A DNA stretch of 64,000 nt from an uncultured Bacteroidota bacterium (GTDB lineage: Bacteria; Bacteroidota; Bacteroidia; JABEUT01), in the NCBI GenBank assembly GCA_903916255.1, contig CAIWVW010000006.1, forward strand, positions 24,026 through 88,025, written 5' to 3'. Positions within the stretch are counted from its first letter, which is position 1. Each line of letters begins with the position of its first letter. Position numbers and translations under genes: made by a program. The notes under the pieces were generated by a model that saw only the letters and a list, made by a program, of their open reading frames with translations, searched no databases and was not told the DNA's origin. Below, piece after piece: positions 38,650 to 48,036 of the stretch.

Positions 38650-38732
38650 GATGTGTAGATTTGATATATTTATAGTATCTGTAAGGTTGTAAAATAAATG
38701 AAATTGTATGAAGATAAAATGAAGATATTTTT

Positions 38733-39497
38733 TTATTGTTTTATAAGTTGCCCTGAACCAACTACCGAAGACTGGACGGAGGTAGGGTTTCCGGAATAAT
38801 AAACATTCCCCTCGCCATATAGTTGAACCCCTAATCCGCCGGTACAGTTCAAGTACGAATCGCCGGTTGTGTTTGAAGAAAGGAAAGCATAGTTAGTTAC
38901 TACCAGTCCGCTATTGTATATGAAACCTGTTCCACCGAAATAATTGCAGAAAAAATTCTGACAGGTTCCGGTAAGTGTTAAATCGGCTGTGCCGAACATG
39001 TGGGCATTAATATAGCGGGCATTCACATCCAGTGTAATATCACCCGGGGAGTTAGTTGTACCCAGCACCAGCGAATCGAAGGTAAGCGTGCCCTGGCTTT
39101 GCACTGTGCCATACCCCGAATTGGTGATGGTATTCAGGTCGGGCATAGTGATATATACATTTATATGGCTCTTTTTATAGCTGCGGAGCCAGTTGCAAAT
39201 ATTGTTGTTTTTCAAAGTAAGAACATTCCCGTTCACGTCTGCGCCAATATTGGGAATCAGGTTTTTTCCGCCTTCAATAGTGACTGATTGCGGGCTTCCT
39301 GTGGTTATAAATACATTTACATTGTCATTGGCTACAATTTGGTTGAAGGATGGCAAACTTCTGGTTTGTGAAGCATCCGAACCGGCGCTGTCAAAACAAT
39401 CGCAAACAGGCGTTTTATTGCAAGACAATAAACTAATAGCTACCAGAAAATAGCTTATAGCTGATAGCAGTTTTGTTTGTTTTAATTTAAAATGCAT
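38733..39497 (-). CDS. Head GIN domain (DUF2807-like) lipoprotein
   Basis: Lipobox LLSC; Gly/Ser/Asn beta-solenoid repeats; NVYYSGNP C-terminus. Confidence 0.85.
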   Translation of the reverse strand: MHFKLKQTKLLSAISYFLVAISLLSCNKTPVCDCFDSAGSDASQTRSLPSFNQIVANDNVNVFITTGSPQSVTIEGGKNLIPNIGADVNGNVLTLKNNNICNWLRSYKKSHINVYITMPDLNTITNSGYGTVQSQGTLTFDSLVLGTTNSPGDITLDVNARYINAHMFGTADLTLTGTCQNFFCNYFGGTGFIYNSGLVVTNYAFLSSNTTGDSYLNCTGGLGVQLYGEGNVYYSGNPTSVQSSVVGSGQLIKQ

Positions 39498-39507
39498 AAT
39501 TCAAAAC

Positions 39508-40611
39508 TCAAAATTTATAGCCTACGCCCCATTCAATAAAATCGGCTTTAACAAAATGGGTTAATAAAGTAACGTTGGCAATAATATGTTTGTGTGTATA
39601 GTACCTAAGCCCAATGCGGTTATATATGGAGCCGTTGCCCGTAAATTTTGTATAGGCGTAACCACCCATTTCAAGCGGCAGCGATAAATTGCCCAATGTA
39701 ATTTCGTAGGCGGCTTTAAATCCTAACTGAACATCCTGCAAATTATTTTTCAAGGTTATTGAATCCACTTTCAAACGGGCAATATTGGCTTGATTGTAAA
39801 ACACATCCACACCCAGTCCTAATTTGCTTTTCCGGCTCAATTTCCGGAAACCAATATAAGAAACAGTTACTTCCGGATACCTTTCTCCGCCCGGAGGCTC
39901 GATTTCTGAACCGCCTGCCACTAAAAAGAGCTCATGCTCTATTTTCTTCGATTTTACCGTATCGGGATAATCATGCTTCATGCATTTTTCCGGGCTTGAA
40001 ATGCTGTAAGTTATTCCGGTGTTGGCAGTCACAAGGTTTATGCCCAAATTGGGTGTCTGAAAAGCTCCGTTCGAGCAGTGTGTCAGGCCCAAACCGGCTT
40101 CCAGTCTGGTGTGGTCCGATAAATAAAAATGGTAATTCAGCCGGAAATTAAACATAGCGTTTATATGTGAGCCTATCACATCGTTTTTGTGGTTATCGAG
40201 CCGCGTATAGGTAACGGGCATATAGGCCAGCCCCATTCCAATCCTAAAGTACAACCCCTCATGAAAACTTCTTTTTAAATGGAAGTTTATAAAAGGGTAT
40301 ATGCCATATTCATTCCCCAATTGGGCCGGGTTATTCAAATATGCGGAAAAGAAAGCAATGCCCGTTTCGGGGCAGTGGTAGGCGCTGAGCCAGTTATCGG
40401 TGCAGGCCGGTTTGTTTATATAATCCACTTCAAATGCCGGAACATGACCTTGAATCAGGATATTCATGCTGCTTGTATATAGCGGCAATATAAACCCGTA
40501 GTGCAAATCGACAGATAGCCATGAACCCTTGCGGATACTATCCTGCCCCTTTGAGTAAAAACTAAAAGTTATGAACGAAAAGAAAAGTATAAGGAGTTTT
40601 ATTTTCTTCAT
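39508..40611 (-). CDS. Acyloxyacyl hydrolase / PagL-like outer membrane protein
   Basis: NDVIGSHIN; GLTHCSNGAFQTPNLGIN; terminal aromatic EWGVGYKF. Confidence 0.82.
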   Translation of the reverse strand: MKKIKLLILFFSFITFSFYSKGQDSIRKGSWLSVDLHYGFILPLYTSSMNILIQGHVPAFEVDYINKPACTDNWLSAYHCPETGIAFFSAYLNNPAQLGNEYGIYPFINFHLKRSFHEGLYFRIGMGLAYMPVTYTRLDNHKNDVIGSHINAMFNFRLNYHFYLSDHTRLEAGLGLTHCSNGAFQTPNLGINLVTANTGITYSISSPEKCMKHDYPDTVKSKKIEHELFLVAGGSEIEPPGGERYPEVTVSYIGFRKLSRKSKLGLGVDVFYNQANIARLKVDSITLKNNLQDVQLGFKAAYEITLGNLSLPLEMGGYAYTKFTGNGSIYNRIGLRYYTHKHIIANVTLLTHFVKADFIEWGVGYKF

Positions 40612-40619
40612 TTCCTAAT

Positions 40620-41201
40620 CTATTTCCTCCAGCGGAATGACGCTATTAAATGGTTAATGTCTTCTTTCACAAAGTTGACTACCGGCTCCAGCGAATCCTT
40701 GTTCGGCACGGCAAAAAAGTAAAGCGAACCCCGTATAAAATTGCGGGTGCTGTCGGTCAGGTAAAACTGCATATTCGATGCCGCATTGCCTTCAATATCA
40801 TATATCGTTCCGTATATTTTATCTTTCGGATTTTCCACATCCCGCTCATTAATGCCGCTTGCTTTCACTTCATGCTCCACCACATATTTGCGGCATTCGG
40901 CAATTATAGCGCGCACGTCGGTATCTACCGGCAAATAACTCATATATATATTGCAGCGGAACTGCGGAAAAACAATATTCAACCAGCATGAATTGTGCCC
41001 CCCGCCCGAATCGCGCAGCACTGTTGCATATTGCGGATACTCGAATGTAAAAGGGCATTCAGCGGTATACGTCTTGTAGTTGCGTTCTGGTAAGGCTATG
41101 CGAAAATAGCCCAGCCTTTTGGGCGTTGGCTCGTTTGTATTGAAGCAGCCGCAAAGGCCCAATACAATCAATAAACCGACTATGGATAATCTGCGTATCA
41201 T
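40620..41201 (-). CDS. gldD: Gliding motility lipoprotein GldD
   Basis: PKRLGYFRIALP, CPFTFEYP, GNAASNMQFYLTDS..FIRGSLYF..PN.DSL.P; ATG 41201. Confidence 0.92.
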   Translation of the reverse strand: MIRRLSIVGLLIVLGLCGCFNTNEPTPKRLGYFRIALPERNYKTYTAECPFTFEYPQYATVLRDSGGGHNSCWLNIVFPQFRCNIYMSYLPVDTDVRAIIAECRKYVVEHEVKASGINERDVENPKDKIYGTIYDIEGNAASNMQFYLTDSTRNFIRGSLYFFAVPNKDSLEPVVNFVKEDINHLIASFRWRK

Positions 41202-41288
41202 TTTTAAGGACGACAAAAGTAATTATTGCGTGGAAATAGAAAGGCCCTCGCCTTTTAGGGAGAGGTCTTTTCCTGTAACCCTGTTATT

Positions 41289-41360
41289 GCAGGGCTTTAC
41301 AAAGCAATTATACCCTAAATAAAGCTGCCGAATCAGTTAAATTGCTTTGCAAAGCCTTGT
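41289..41360. repeat. 21-bp inverted repeat with 30-nt spacer
   Basis: GCAGGGCTTTACAAAGCAATT pairs with AATTGCTTTGCAAAGCCTTGT (1 mismatch, 2 G-T). Confidence 0.75.
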
Positions 41361-41477
41361 TATGAAGATAGGAGTAGTTGAATGTTATTTTATTCACATT
41401 ATCAGTGATTTATAAGTAAACCACCCCCTTTATATAATAGCCCTTAGCACCCTATAAGAACCTAAATAATAATTTTA

Positions 41478-41507
41478 TTGTACGTAATAATAAAAATTGT
41501 ACATTTG
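41478..41507 (+). promoter_or_regulatory. sigma-A promoter of the RRM gene
   Basis: TTG (41478) - 19 nt - TACATTTG (41500..41507). Confidence 0.7.
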
Positions 41508-41614
41508 CAGCCGATTATCTGAAACCGAAATAAGATTGACGAAAAAATTACAAAGCGTTACGTTTGTGGAGGTTCAGGTTGGAGTTTTTTTATTAATTAA
41601 TTATTTTTTTTAAC

Positions 41615-41938
41615 ATGAACATTTTTGTATCAAACTTGAATTTTAAGGTTCGCAGCGAAGACTTAAAAAACCTGTTCTCCCAGTATGGTGAAGTATTATC
41701 CACCAAAGTTATTACCGACAAATTCTCGGGAAAATCGAGAGGTTTTGGTTTCGTTGAAATGAAAAATGACGAAGAAGGCAACAGAGCCATTGGCGAATTA
41801 GACCAAAAGGATTTTGAAGGCCGTAACATCACCGTATCAGTAGCTAAGCCACGCACCGAAGGCGGAGGCGGCAATGGCGGCGGTAACAGAGGCGGTTTCC
41901 GCAAAAGCAACGGCGGCGGTAACGACTACAGAGACTAA
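41615..41938 (+). CDS. RRM RNA-binding protein with Gly-rich tail
   Basis: RNP2 IFVSNL; RNP1 RGFGFVEM; GGG/RGG tail. Confidence 0.95.
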   Translation: MNIFVSNLNFKVRSEDLKNLFSQYGEVLSTKVITDKFSGKSRGFGFVEMKNDEEGNRAIGELDQKDFEGRNITVSVAKPRTEGGGGNGGGNRGGFRKSNGGGNDYRD

Positions 41939-41961
41939 GTAATTCTACATACAGATACTTG

Positions 41962-41990
41962 AAAGGGGAACAGAAATGTTCCCCTTTTTT
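41962..41990 (+). terminator. Rho-independent terminator
   Basis: AAAGGGGAAC-AGAAAT-GTTCCCCTTT followed by T-run. Confidence 0.88.
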
Positions 41991-42075
41991 GTTTTATTCC
42001 CCCGCCAGGTAGGAGAGGATAGGGTAAGGTCTCCTGATTTTATTTTACCTTTGGCGAAGTACAAAATAAACTGAA

Positions 42076-42489
42076 ATGAAAACTAAATTTCTGATAGTAG
42101 CGTTGTGCGTTACCGGTTGCATTTTCGCGCAGCAATCAAGTGAAAAGCAATTGCAAGCTTCTTCAACTGACAATCATAAACAAGACAAGCTGGTAAAGAG
42201 AAACCGAAATGCCGGAATTACCTTTATAAAGGACCAAATTTACCAGGATGATAAGGTTATTGGCGGTATGCAAGTGGCGCAGAACACGGAAAGGGGCCAA
42301 ATTGTCAGAACCTTTACAATCTTTTTTACCGATGGCTCAAAAATTGCCGAAGCCAAGTCATATGGCAATAAACTGCACGAATGGAACATTATAACAGTAA
42401 AGGATAACCATACACATGTAATTACAGCTACTTCAAATAATGATGCCATTGATGTAATTAAGTATCTGATTAACGGGTATTATTTGTAA
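42076..42489 (+). CDS. Hypothetical secreted protein
   Basis: Signal peptide ending IFAQ; 137 aa. Confidence 0.78.
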   Translation: MKTKFLIVALCVTGCIFAQQSSEKQLQASSTDNHKQDKLVKRNRNAGITFIKDQIYQDDKVIGGMQVAQNTERGQIVRTFTIFFTDGSKIAEAKSYGNKLHEWNIITVKDNHTHVITATSNNDAIDVIKYLINGYYL

Positions 42490-42503
42490 TTCCCGATAAA
42501 ATT

Positions 42504-43676
42504 TTGAAGGGGAATCGGATTGCATATATAGATGGAATTAGAGGTATGGCAGCTTTGATTGTTGTTTTATATCATTACCTTTTGAGTTTTTATCCGGAAT
42601 TATTTCCTTTTAATCCGAATTATATTCACACAGATAATAGTTTGCAAGATGCATTTATCTACAGCCCTTTAAATATTTTTTTTAATTCGGGATTTGCGGT
42701 CTGTCTGTTTTTTGTTATCAGCGGATATGCACTTAGTTATAAATATTTTATTACTAAGGACAGGCAATACCTTAGGGAATCTGTGATAAGGAGATATTTT
42801 AGGCTTGAAATACCAATTTTATTTTCCGTAGTGGTTTCGTATATTCTTTTGAAAACAGAATGTTATTCTAATTTGTATACTGCAACCACTTATACGAAAA
42901 GTACATTCTGGTTTTCGCATTTATGGAACATGTCTCCCGATTTTTTTAAAATGCTTAAAGAAGGACTTTATTCATCATTGTTTTTGGGAGGAACCTCCTC
43001 GTATAACCCGGTACTTTGGACTATGCTTATTGAATTCTTAGGTTCTATGCTTGTATTTGCTACACTCGCTTTGTTTGGGGATTCATCGAAAAGATATTTG
43101 GTTTACTTGTTATTGATAGTGATACTTCATACAAATTGTTTGCCTGCATTTATTATTGGTCTTGCTCTGTGTGATTATTATCATTCTAAAGAAAGAAATA
43201 ATTTTCCAATTAGTATAACTGCCTTAATTTTTGCTTTGGCAATCTATGTAGGAAGTTATCAAAAGATTGGAGCATCTGGTATTTGGAATGTTTTGGATAT
43301 CATTTCAAATGTGGATAAGTCTTTCCCATTTATTATAGGAGCTGTATTGTTTGTTGTGGCTGTAATTAATGGTAAATGGCTGGAGCGATTCTTTTCATCT
43401 CCTTTATTGCAATTTTTGGGTGAAATATCATTCTCAATGTACCTTATCCATCTGCTTATAATCGGTTCTTTGGCTTGCTCCCTATTCAGTTGGTTTTATG
43501 CTATAATGCATTTAAGTTATGGAGTAAGTTTTATGATTACCTTCTTTATTTCATTGTCATTTACGATTGGTGCATCCTTTTTGATGTATAAATACATAGA
43601 CAAAAATGGTATCAAATTTTCCAAGTGGATTTATACCAGGTTCTTTACATTAAAAACAAAAGAAGAAGGTAAATAA
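42504..43676 (+). CDS. Acyltransferase family 3 (O-acyltransferase)
   Basis: IDGIRGMAALIVVLYH, FFVISG, RRYFRL, WTMLIE, LGEISFSMYLIH; TTG start; AT-rich. Confidence 0.92.
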   Translation: MKGNRIAYIDGIRGMAALIVVLYHYLLSFYPELFPFNPNYIHTDNSLQDAFIYSPLNIFFNSGFAVCLFFVISGYALSYKYFITKDRQYLRESVIRRYFRLEIPILFSVVVSYILLKTECYSNLYTATTYTKSTFWFSHLWNMSPDFFKMLKEGLYSSLFLGGTSSYNPVLWTMLIEFLGSMLVFATLALFGDSSKRYLVYLLLIVILHTNCLPAFIIGLALCDYYHSKERNNFPISITALIFALAIYVGSYQKIGASGIWNVLDIISNVDKSFPFIIGAVLFVVAVINGKWLERFFSSPLLQFLGEISFSMYLIHLLIIGSLACSLFSWFYAIMHLSYGVSFMITFFISLSFTIGASFLMYKYIDKNGIKFSKWIYTRFFTLKTKEEGK

Positions 43677-43709
43677 AAAAGTCCCGACAATTATTGCCGG
43701 GACTTTTTT
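43675..43709. terminator. Bidirectional rho-independent terminator
   Basis: AAAAAAGTCCCG-ACAATTATTGC-CGGGACTTTTTT between convergent genes. Confidence 0.9.
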
Positions 43710-43730
43710 ATTTAGTACTATTTGGTAGTA

Positions 43731-45689
43731 TTAATTAATAGCAACCTTTACAACCCTTTGTATGTGGTCGTTACCAACTCTTACCAAATAAATTGCTTTG
43801 GCAAGTGTCGAAATATTGAAAGAGGTTTCTATGGTATTAGAAGCCGTTATCACATCTTTTTGCATCAGCATTCTGCCGTTAATGTCAAAAATTTGTGCAA
43901 CCAGTCTTTCATTTTCAGGGAAATCAGTTCCTTTAATGTTCAACATGCTTCCATTTTGATAAGCCTTAAAGGTAGCTGCATCTGTATTTACAACATTCGG
44001 AACATCGGTAGGGCATTGGGTAATTTGGAAACTAAATATCCATGAACCCACATTGGTTCCATTCCCGAATGAGCTGTTTGTGTACATATTGGTGGCCCAG
44101 AAAGTAATGCCATCGGTTGGGTCGACAGACATTTCAGAATAATCGCCCCAGCGGTTTCCGTTTCCTTGCGGGGTAGCGGCAAGCGCGTTTCCGTTTTTAA
44201 CATCTGTTTCAGTCAGGGTCATAGTATTCAATGCATCGCAGGTTCTTCTTCCGGTATATCGTACACCCGGATAAACACCGGCACTGTCAGAAACTGTATA
44301 TGATAATCCAATGCTTCCATTTTGGTCCATCGCTATACATGGGTTCCAGCGGCTAACCCTATCGTCGGGTGCATAGGTCGATTGTTGGAAAATGCTCCAC
44401 AAGTTTGTTGTGGTATCCTGGTGCAGTTCATACCACCGGATGCCGCCTACGCGGTTGGTTGCATCGCCAACGTTAACTACATGTGCCAATACCGCAGAAT
44501 TGTAGCTTGTCCAGCGCAAATAAGGTATACGGTAAGAGAAGAATCCATCCAAAGCATCCATATCATCGGAAGCATTATTGCCCGGTTGGCGTATATCGGC
44601 ACGGGTTCCTCCGGTAAAGGTAGAGTTGAATGCAGAAGTAAGCAAATGCTGGTATTTCGCATTGATAGTTCCTGTTTTGGTTGTCCAGTTCATTTTTACT
44701 TGCTCGATGCATATAGAATCGGCTCCGCCGCAACCCCAGTTATCATCCCAGTAATAAAATAAGTACTCAGGTGAACCATAAGGAGGAAGTGTGCCATCGC
44801 AATCCAGCATCATAGGGCAGAAGAAGCCCGGTGAATTGCAGCCTAAGTTCCATGGGCCATAGCTCCAGGGTACTGCTATTTCGCCTGCCACAGCGCCTTT
44901 CAGCATACTGTCGCGTTGAAAACAAATTACATAGTCGCTCGATGCGCAATTGCAGGTGCCATAATATCCATCTGCCCAAACTACATATTTAGGATAGTCA
45001 TCTACCTGGCGGCGGTTATTATTGGGAGTAAAGGTGTACATGTGGTAAGTTCCGGTAGGGTCATTTGTTGCCGAAACTGCAAATAAAAGGTCGATAATGT
45101 TATTGGTGCTTGGCCCGTCAAATTCGGTAATTATCCAGCGGTCCGCAGCTTTGTCATACATTACAACGGCATCGCCAAAATCATCCGGATTAAAAACGCT
45201 TTTCAAATCGGTAGAAGCTAATTTAACCGTTCCGGTTTTATTGTAAACGGCATAATCCACATTTACTGTTTGCACAAAATAGTTGGAACCAATCATTCCA
45301 TTCGGGTCGAGCGGATAATAGCCTTGTGAACTTTGTTGTCCATCAATACTTACAGGTGTAAATGTCGACATAGAATGGGTGTTGTGCAGTGTTCCCATTT
45401 CCGTTTGTCTTGCACCATCCACAGCACTTAAACCGGGGTCGTAATTCCATGTATTTTTATGAGCATCCATAGCATCGGCATCGCCGGCAGGCTTCGGTGT
45501 AACTTTTGCAGGTAATTCGCCTTTCGCCCGTTTGGCATCACGCTCTTTTATTAATTCAAGTAAAGGTTTCGATTCCCAATGGGCCTTACATTGCATATAA
45601 TAAGAGCCATTGGCATTGAATTGAACCGTTTGGGCAGGCAGCGAAAAGGCAATAGCCAGTCCTGCGCTTAAGGTTATAAATTTATTCAT
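43731..45689 (-). CDS. T9SS-secreted Cys-rich protein of unknown function (paralogue 1)
   Basis: Signal peptide from ATG 45689; DPNGMIGSNYFVQ, DDYPK, RWGDYS motifs; CTD ..YLVRVGNDHIQRVVKVAIN. Confidence 0.88.
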   Translation of the reverse strand: MNKFITLSAGLAIAFSLPAQTVQFNANGSYYMQCKAHWESKPLLELIKERDAKRAKGELPAKVTPKPAGDADAMDAHKNTWNYDPGLSAVDGARQTEMGTLHNTHSMSTFTPVSIDGQQSSQGYYPLDPNGMIGSNYFVQTVNVDYAVYNKTGTVKLASTDLKSVFNPDDFGDAVVMYDKAADRWIITEFDGPSTNNIIDLLFAVSATNDPTGTYHMYTFTPNNNRRQVDDYPKYVVWADGYYGTCNCASSDYVICFQRDSMLKGAVAGEIAVPWSYGPWNLGCNSPGFFCPMMLDCDGTLPPYGSPEYLFYYWDDNWGCGGADSICIEQVKMNWTTKTGTINAKYQHLLTSAFNSTFTGGTRADIRQPGNNASDDMDALDGFFSYRIPYLRWTSYNSAVLAHVVNVGDATNRVGGIRWYELHQDTTTNLWSIFQQSTYAPDDRVSRWNPCIAMDQNGSIGLSYTVSDSAGVYPGVRYTGRRTCDALNTMTLTETDVKNGNALAATPQGNGNRWGDYSEMSVDPTDGITFWATNMYTNSSFGNGTNVGSWIFSFQITQCPTDVPNVVNTDAATFKAYQNGSMLNIKGTDFPENERLVAQIFDINGRMLMQKDVITASNTIETSFNISTLAKAIYLVRVGNDHIQRVVKVAIN

Positions 45690-45785
45690 GGTTAAGGTTT
45701 GGTATGTTAGTAATGCAAGTATAGGTATATTAAGGCAAAATAAAACTGATATTTTACAGGAATACAATACTTAGGTGGTATAAAT

Positions 45786-45821
45786 AAAAAAGTCCCCGAC
45801 AATTAAGCCGGAGACTTTTTT
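45786..45821. terminator. Rho-independent terminator
   Basis: AAAAAAGTCCCCGACAATTAAGCCGGAGACTTTTTT downstream of the Kelch gene. Confidence 0.85.
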
Positions 45822-45837
45822 AGTAAATCGGAACTGT

Positions 45838-47634
45838 TTATTTTTGAATCAACAGTTTGCCTGTGCCGGTTAATCCGCCCGATTCATTTATAACGCGGTA
45901 TAAATAAAGCCCTGCGGGTTGAGCGCTAAGGTCTATTTTACTTTCGGTGCCTGTAATAATTTCTTTATAAACCTGCTGGCCCAGTTCATTATAAACTTCC
46001 AGCGAGGAGTTATTCATTGCTTGTGCGGTTTCCATGGTAAATAAACCGCTGTTAGGGTTAGGGTAAACCTTTATGGCATTATTTCCGGCAACTGTTGTTT
46101 GCACACTTGTTGTTACACAAGGCAAGGTAAGCAGCGTAGGATTTGAAGCGAACCCGTTGGCAACAACTACCACTGAATAGGTTCCATTTGGCATGGTGGG
46201 AAGGGTAAAGTAGGCTGTGTCTTCCAGGCTGTCGGTCATTACTGCGCCAATTCTGTTCCAATTGGTGGTTTTAGCGTAGTATACGTTAGTGCCGTTGCTA
46301 AGGCGAACCAACGGATAGTTGGTTGAATTTTGGGCATCATCACCATATCCGTTGCCTTCGGAAATGCCATTGAATAGTTTTCCGGTAATTGTGTAATCGA
46401 TACAATTGGTGCTGCTAACGCTGTTAATGGTTGGTTTGCCTTGCGGGATAGCCGCACTGCCCGGAGTATAAATAAAATACTGGTTAGGATTACTGATAGC
46501 GGAACAACCCATAAGAACGGTACCATCGGGCAGGGCCAATAAAGAATTATTTTGAGATATTGAACCGGATAATTCATCGGAACCAATAGTAGGTATGGTG
46601 GCAGTTACCTGTGTAAAAGTATTGGTGGTGTAATCATATTCAAGGAAATAAGTAGGTGTACTGAATTCATTCCGGGCAGTAGGAATGGGCGATACAGCCA
46701 GTAAAATATGTCCGTTTACAAGCATGGCTCCGGGGGCATCAGGTTGCGTTACATAGTTTCCGCTGATTTTTGGGAAATTTGCAGCAGAAGCCCAACTGCC
46801 TTTTGTGCTAGAATTACCTGAAGGAGTGTAAATATCATTGTATTGGGTGGCACCAAAGAAAATGGCATTCCCGTTAGGCAATAAAAACGCATTGCCTGAT
46901 TCAAACCCCCATTGGTCGTAAATATTATTTGGAGCCATTGCATCTACCAGCCATGTATTTGTTTGCGGCACATAGCGGCACGATGAATCTTGTGCAGGAT
47001 TGTTTGGATAGGGCATACCGATAGTAAGAACTGTGCTGTCCGGCAGTTTAAGCCAGGATGCTTCATCATGGTTTTCGGGTTCTGCATTTTCGTTAATATA
47101 ATTTAAGGTAGTGGTATTCAATTGTAAAATGCTGTTACATGGCTGGCCTTGGTTTGCACCAATTTCAGGGCCTTCTAAAATGTTACCGTCATACAACAAT
47201 TCAGATGGGGCATCATAAATATTCCAATTGGCGGGGATATTACCGCATGTGGTCCATGTGTTAGCTACGGGGTCATATATTTCACCATAAGAACCTCCCG
47301 TTCCATATTCGCCGCCTGCAACATATACCTTGCCGCTTGGCAATACCTGCGATGAGAAAGCAAAACGGTCATAATTCATGCTGGTTATGCTTGTCCATGT
47401 TCCATTTACATAACTGCCACTGGCATCGGGTGTAAGTTTATCCCAGCCTGTGCCATATCCCGGCCCTGATGTGTTACTGCATATTACGGTTCCGTCGGTA
47501 AGCAATAGCATAACGCCTTGGTTGGCGTGAGGAGCCTGATTGGTTAATGCTGTCCATGTACCTGTTTGGGCAGTAGATACCGTGAAAATTGAAGAACTGA
47601 TAAGGACGAGTGAACCGATAAGTATTTTTTTCAT
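45838..47634 (-). CDS. Kelch-repeat beta-propeller protein with T9SS CTD
   Basis: MLLLTDGTV, LPSGKVYVAGGEYG, LLPNGN, LPDGTVL repeats; CTD IKVYPNPNSG..GLYLYRV..GKLLIQK. Confidence 0.88.
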   Translation of the reverse strand: MKKILIGSLVLISSSIFTVSTAQTGTWTALTNQAPHANQGVMLLLTDGTVICSNTSGPGYGTGWDKLTPDASGSYVNGTWTSITSMNYDRFAFSSQVLPSGKVYVAGGEYGTGGSYGEIYDPVANTWTTCGNIPANWNIYDAPSELLYDGNILEGPEIGANQGQPCNSILQLNTTTLNYINENAEPENHDEASWLKLPDSTVLTIGMPYPNNPAQDSSCRYVPQTNTWLVDAMAPNNIYDQWGFESGNAFLLPNGNAIFFGATQYNDIYTPSGNSSTKGSWASAANFPKISGNYVTQPDAPGAMLVNGHILLAVSPIPTARNEFSTPTYFLEYDYTTNTFTQVTATIPTIGSDELSGSISQNNSLLALPDGTVLMGCSAISNPNQYFIYTPGSAAIPQGKPTINSVSSTNCIDYTITGKLFNGISEGNGYGDDAQNSTNYPLVRLSNGTNVYYAKTTNWNRIGAVMTDSLEDTAYFTLPTMPNGTYSVVVVANGFASNPTLLTLPCVTTSVQTTVAGNNAIKVYPNPNSGLFTMETAQAMNNSSLEVYNELGQQVYKEIITGTESKIDLSAQPAGLYLYRVINESGGLTGTGKLLIQK

Positions 47635-47984
47635 GTTTGTGTGTGTTAATAATTCCTTATTGAGTAGTAACCCGGATAAGGTTTGAATTTTGGAGGTGTT
47701 TGATTAGTTGAAAGTATGAATACCAATTTTTAAAATCATTCATACTTGGTGGTAAAACAAGCCTCTTGGTAATAGAGAGGTAAAAATGATTTTCGGCAAT
47801 GTAAATAAATAATTCTTTTGCCGGTAACAATTCAAGTTCTTTTCTTGCTTAAAAGTGAGTTAAGGGGAAGGTGTTTTTCTAAATTTCTGATAGTCAGTAT
47901 TTATTTTATTTTATTTAATTCTCAAGCAAGCCGGAATAACTGACATAAATCAGAAAACACAATGTCATAATAAGGAATATGGAT

Positions 47985-48022
47985 AAAATAAAAATGCCCC
48001 CTGACGGAGGCATTTTTATTTT
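47985..48022. terminator. Rho-independent terminator
   Basis: AAAATAAAAATGCC...GGCATTTTTATTTT downstream of paralogue 2. Confidence 0.82.
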
Positions 48023-48036
48023 TAAAAGAATGAGAA

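Noticed and set aside
41866-41922. GGC-rich microsatellite-like run
   Set aside because: Explained by the Gly-rich tail of the RRM protein
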